From Selaginella moellendorffii (taxonomy: Eukaryota; Plantae; Lycopodiophyta): a stretch of 64,000 bases of DNA. The position numbers were made by a program, and so were the translations under genes. The notes under the pieces were generated by a model. It saw nothing but the letters and a program-made list of their open reading frames with translations. It did not search any database and had not been told where the DNA came from. The stretch covers positions 124,001 through 188,000 of the forward strand of contig NW_003314369.1 of the NCBI RefSeq assembly GCF_000143415.4. Direction: 5' to 3'. Positions 63,275 through 64,000 of this stretch are shown here, piece by piece (the stretch's first letter is position 1; the number at the start of each line of letters is the position of its first letter).

Positions 63275-63930
63275 TTACCTCTCCACAGCCAGTGCAACAG
63301 GCTGCTCCATGTGAGAAAACAAAAGGAATATCAGAGCTAATCTCCACAGACCATTTTTGTAGATCCACTTCGCTAGCAAGGTTTCCATTCATCTGTTTTG
63401 CAGCCTAGAGAGCAATGGTGGCATTACCACTGCCACCTCCAAGGCCAGCACCACTTGGAACTCTTTAGTCCAAAGAAGAAAAACTAAATGCTTTGATCAA
63501 GGAAAGTTTATTGAGAGCTTACCCAGAAATGTTTTGTAAATCCTCAGAAACAAATGAATGGATAGTTTTACCAAGTTTGAGTCGTCGAGTGGGATTCCAA
63601 ACACATTTGTTGTAAGTGAGTCTTTCTTTTTAGAAGGAGAAACTGAAAACTTTAAAGTATCTCCCAGGCTAATCACCTGAGTGAAAAGTTTCTTAAGAAA
63701 CTAGAACAAGAAAAAAAAAACCCAAAAGCTTACATGAAAGAGAGATGTTAAATCGTGGTAGCCATCAGGTCTCTTGCTCGTGATTCCCAAGAAATCATTG
63801 ATCTGGTTATAAAGTTCTTTAGCTCTATCCAAGAAGAAAACTTTGGGAAAACTATACATACCTTGGATGGCAAAAATAATGTAAGATTTCGAGCAAAACC
63901 ACCTGAGCTTTGGAGTTCCTTGGTGAGCTC
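63275..63930 (-). pseudogene. ISPE: IspE fragment, copy 3, inverted
   Basis: Reverse complement of ~57310-58050. Retains SGAGLGGGSGNATIAL. Confidence 0.85.
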
Positions 63931-64000
63931 TTCATACCTCCCAACAGGATCATAGACAATCTAAAACTCCAAAAACTGTATGACTCAGAGAACTCTATCT

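Overview
Repeat-dense plant nuclear DNA. The PLS-type PPR genes, ~50-nt introns and TE families suggest a lycophyte such as Selaginella (inference). From left to right: (1) the 3' part of a chromodomain-bearing Ty3/gypsy element (1-5613) whose integrase is split by two canonical spliceosomal introns and which has a long, hairpin-rich 3' region; (2) a decayed gypsy relic with nested short LTRs; (3) a PLS-E PPR gene; (4) a non-chromovirus gypsy element on the minus strand (~16270-39070). It is interrupted by (5) a 13.2-kb TIR DNA transposon (19664-32869, 24-bp TIRs, GTAA TSD) with a Sola-like DDD transposase, a divergent multi-exon cargo gene (ParB-like + degenerate amino-methyltransferase-like + acidic + FCP1/NIF phosphatase-like) and about 24 copies of a 22-bp palindrome, many inside the cargo gene's introns. 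Further right are (6) F-box/PPR fragments and a second PPR gene between ~1-kb inverted arms; (7) a Crinkler/RHS-type NTPase-REase pseudogene; (8) a full-length decayed gypsy element with paired LTRs; and (9) a mosaic of IspE and LCAT-like gene fragments plus a Ty1/copia relic. The best candidate for a novel system is the ParB-cargo transposon with its palindrome array; second is the intron-containing chromovirus. All domain calls are by motif recognition only, with no database search.
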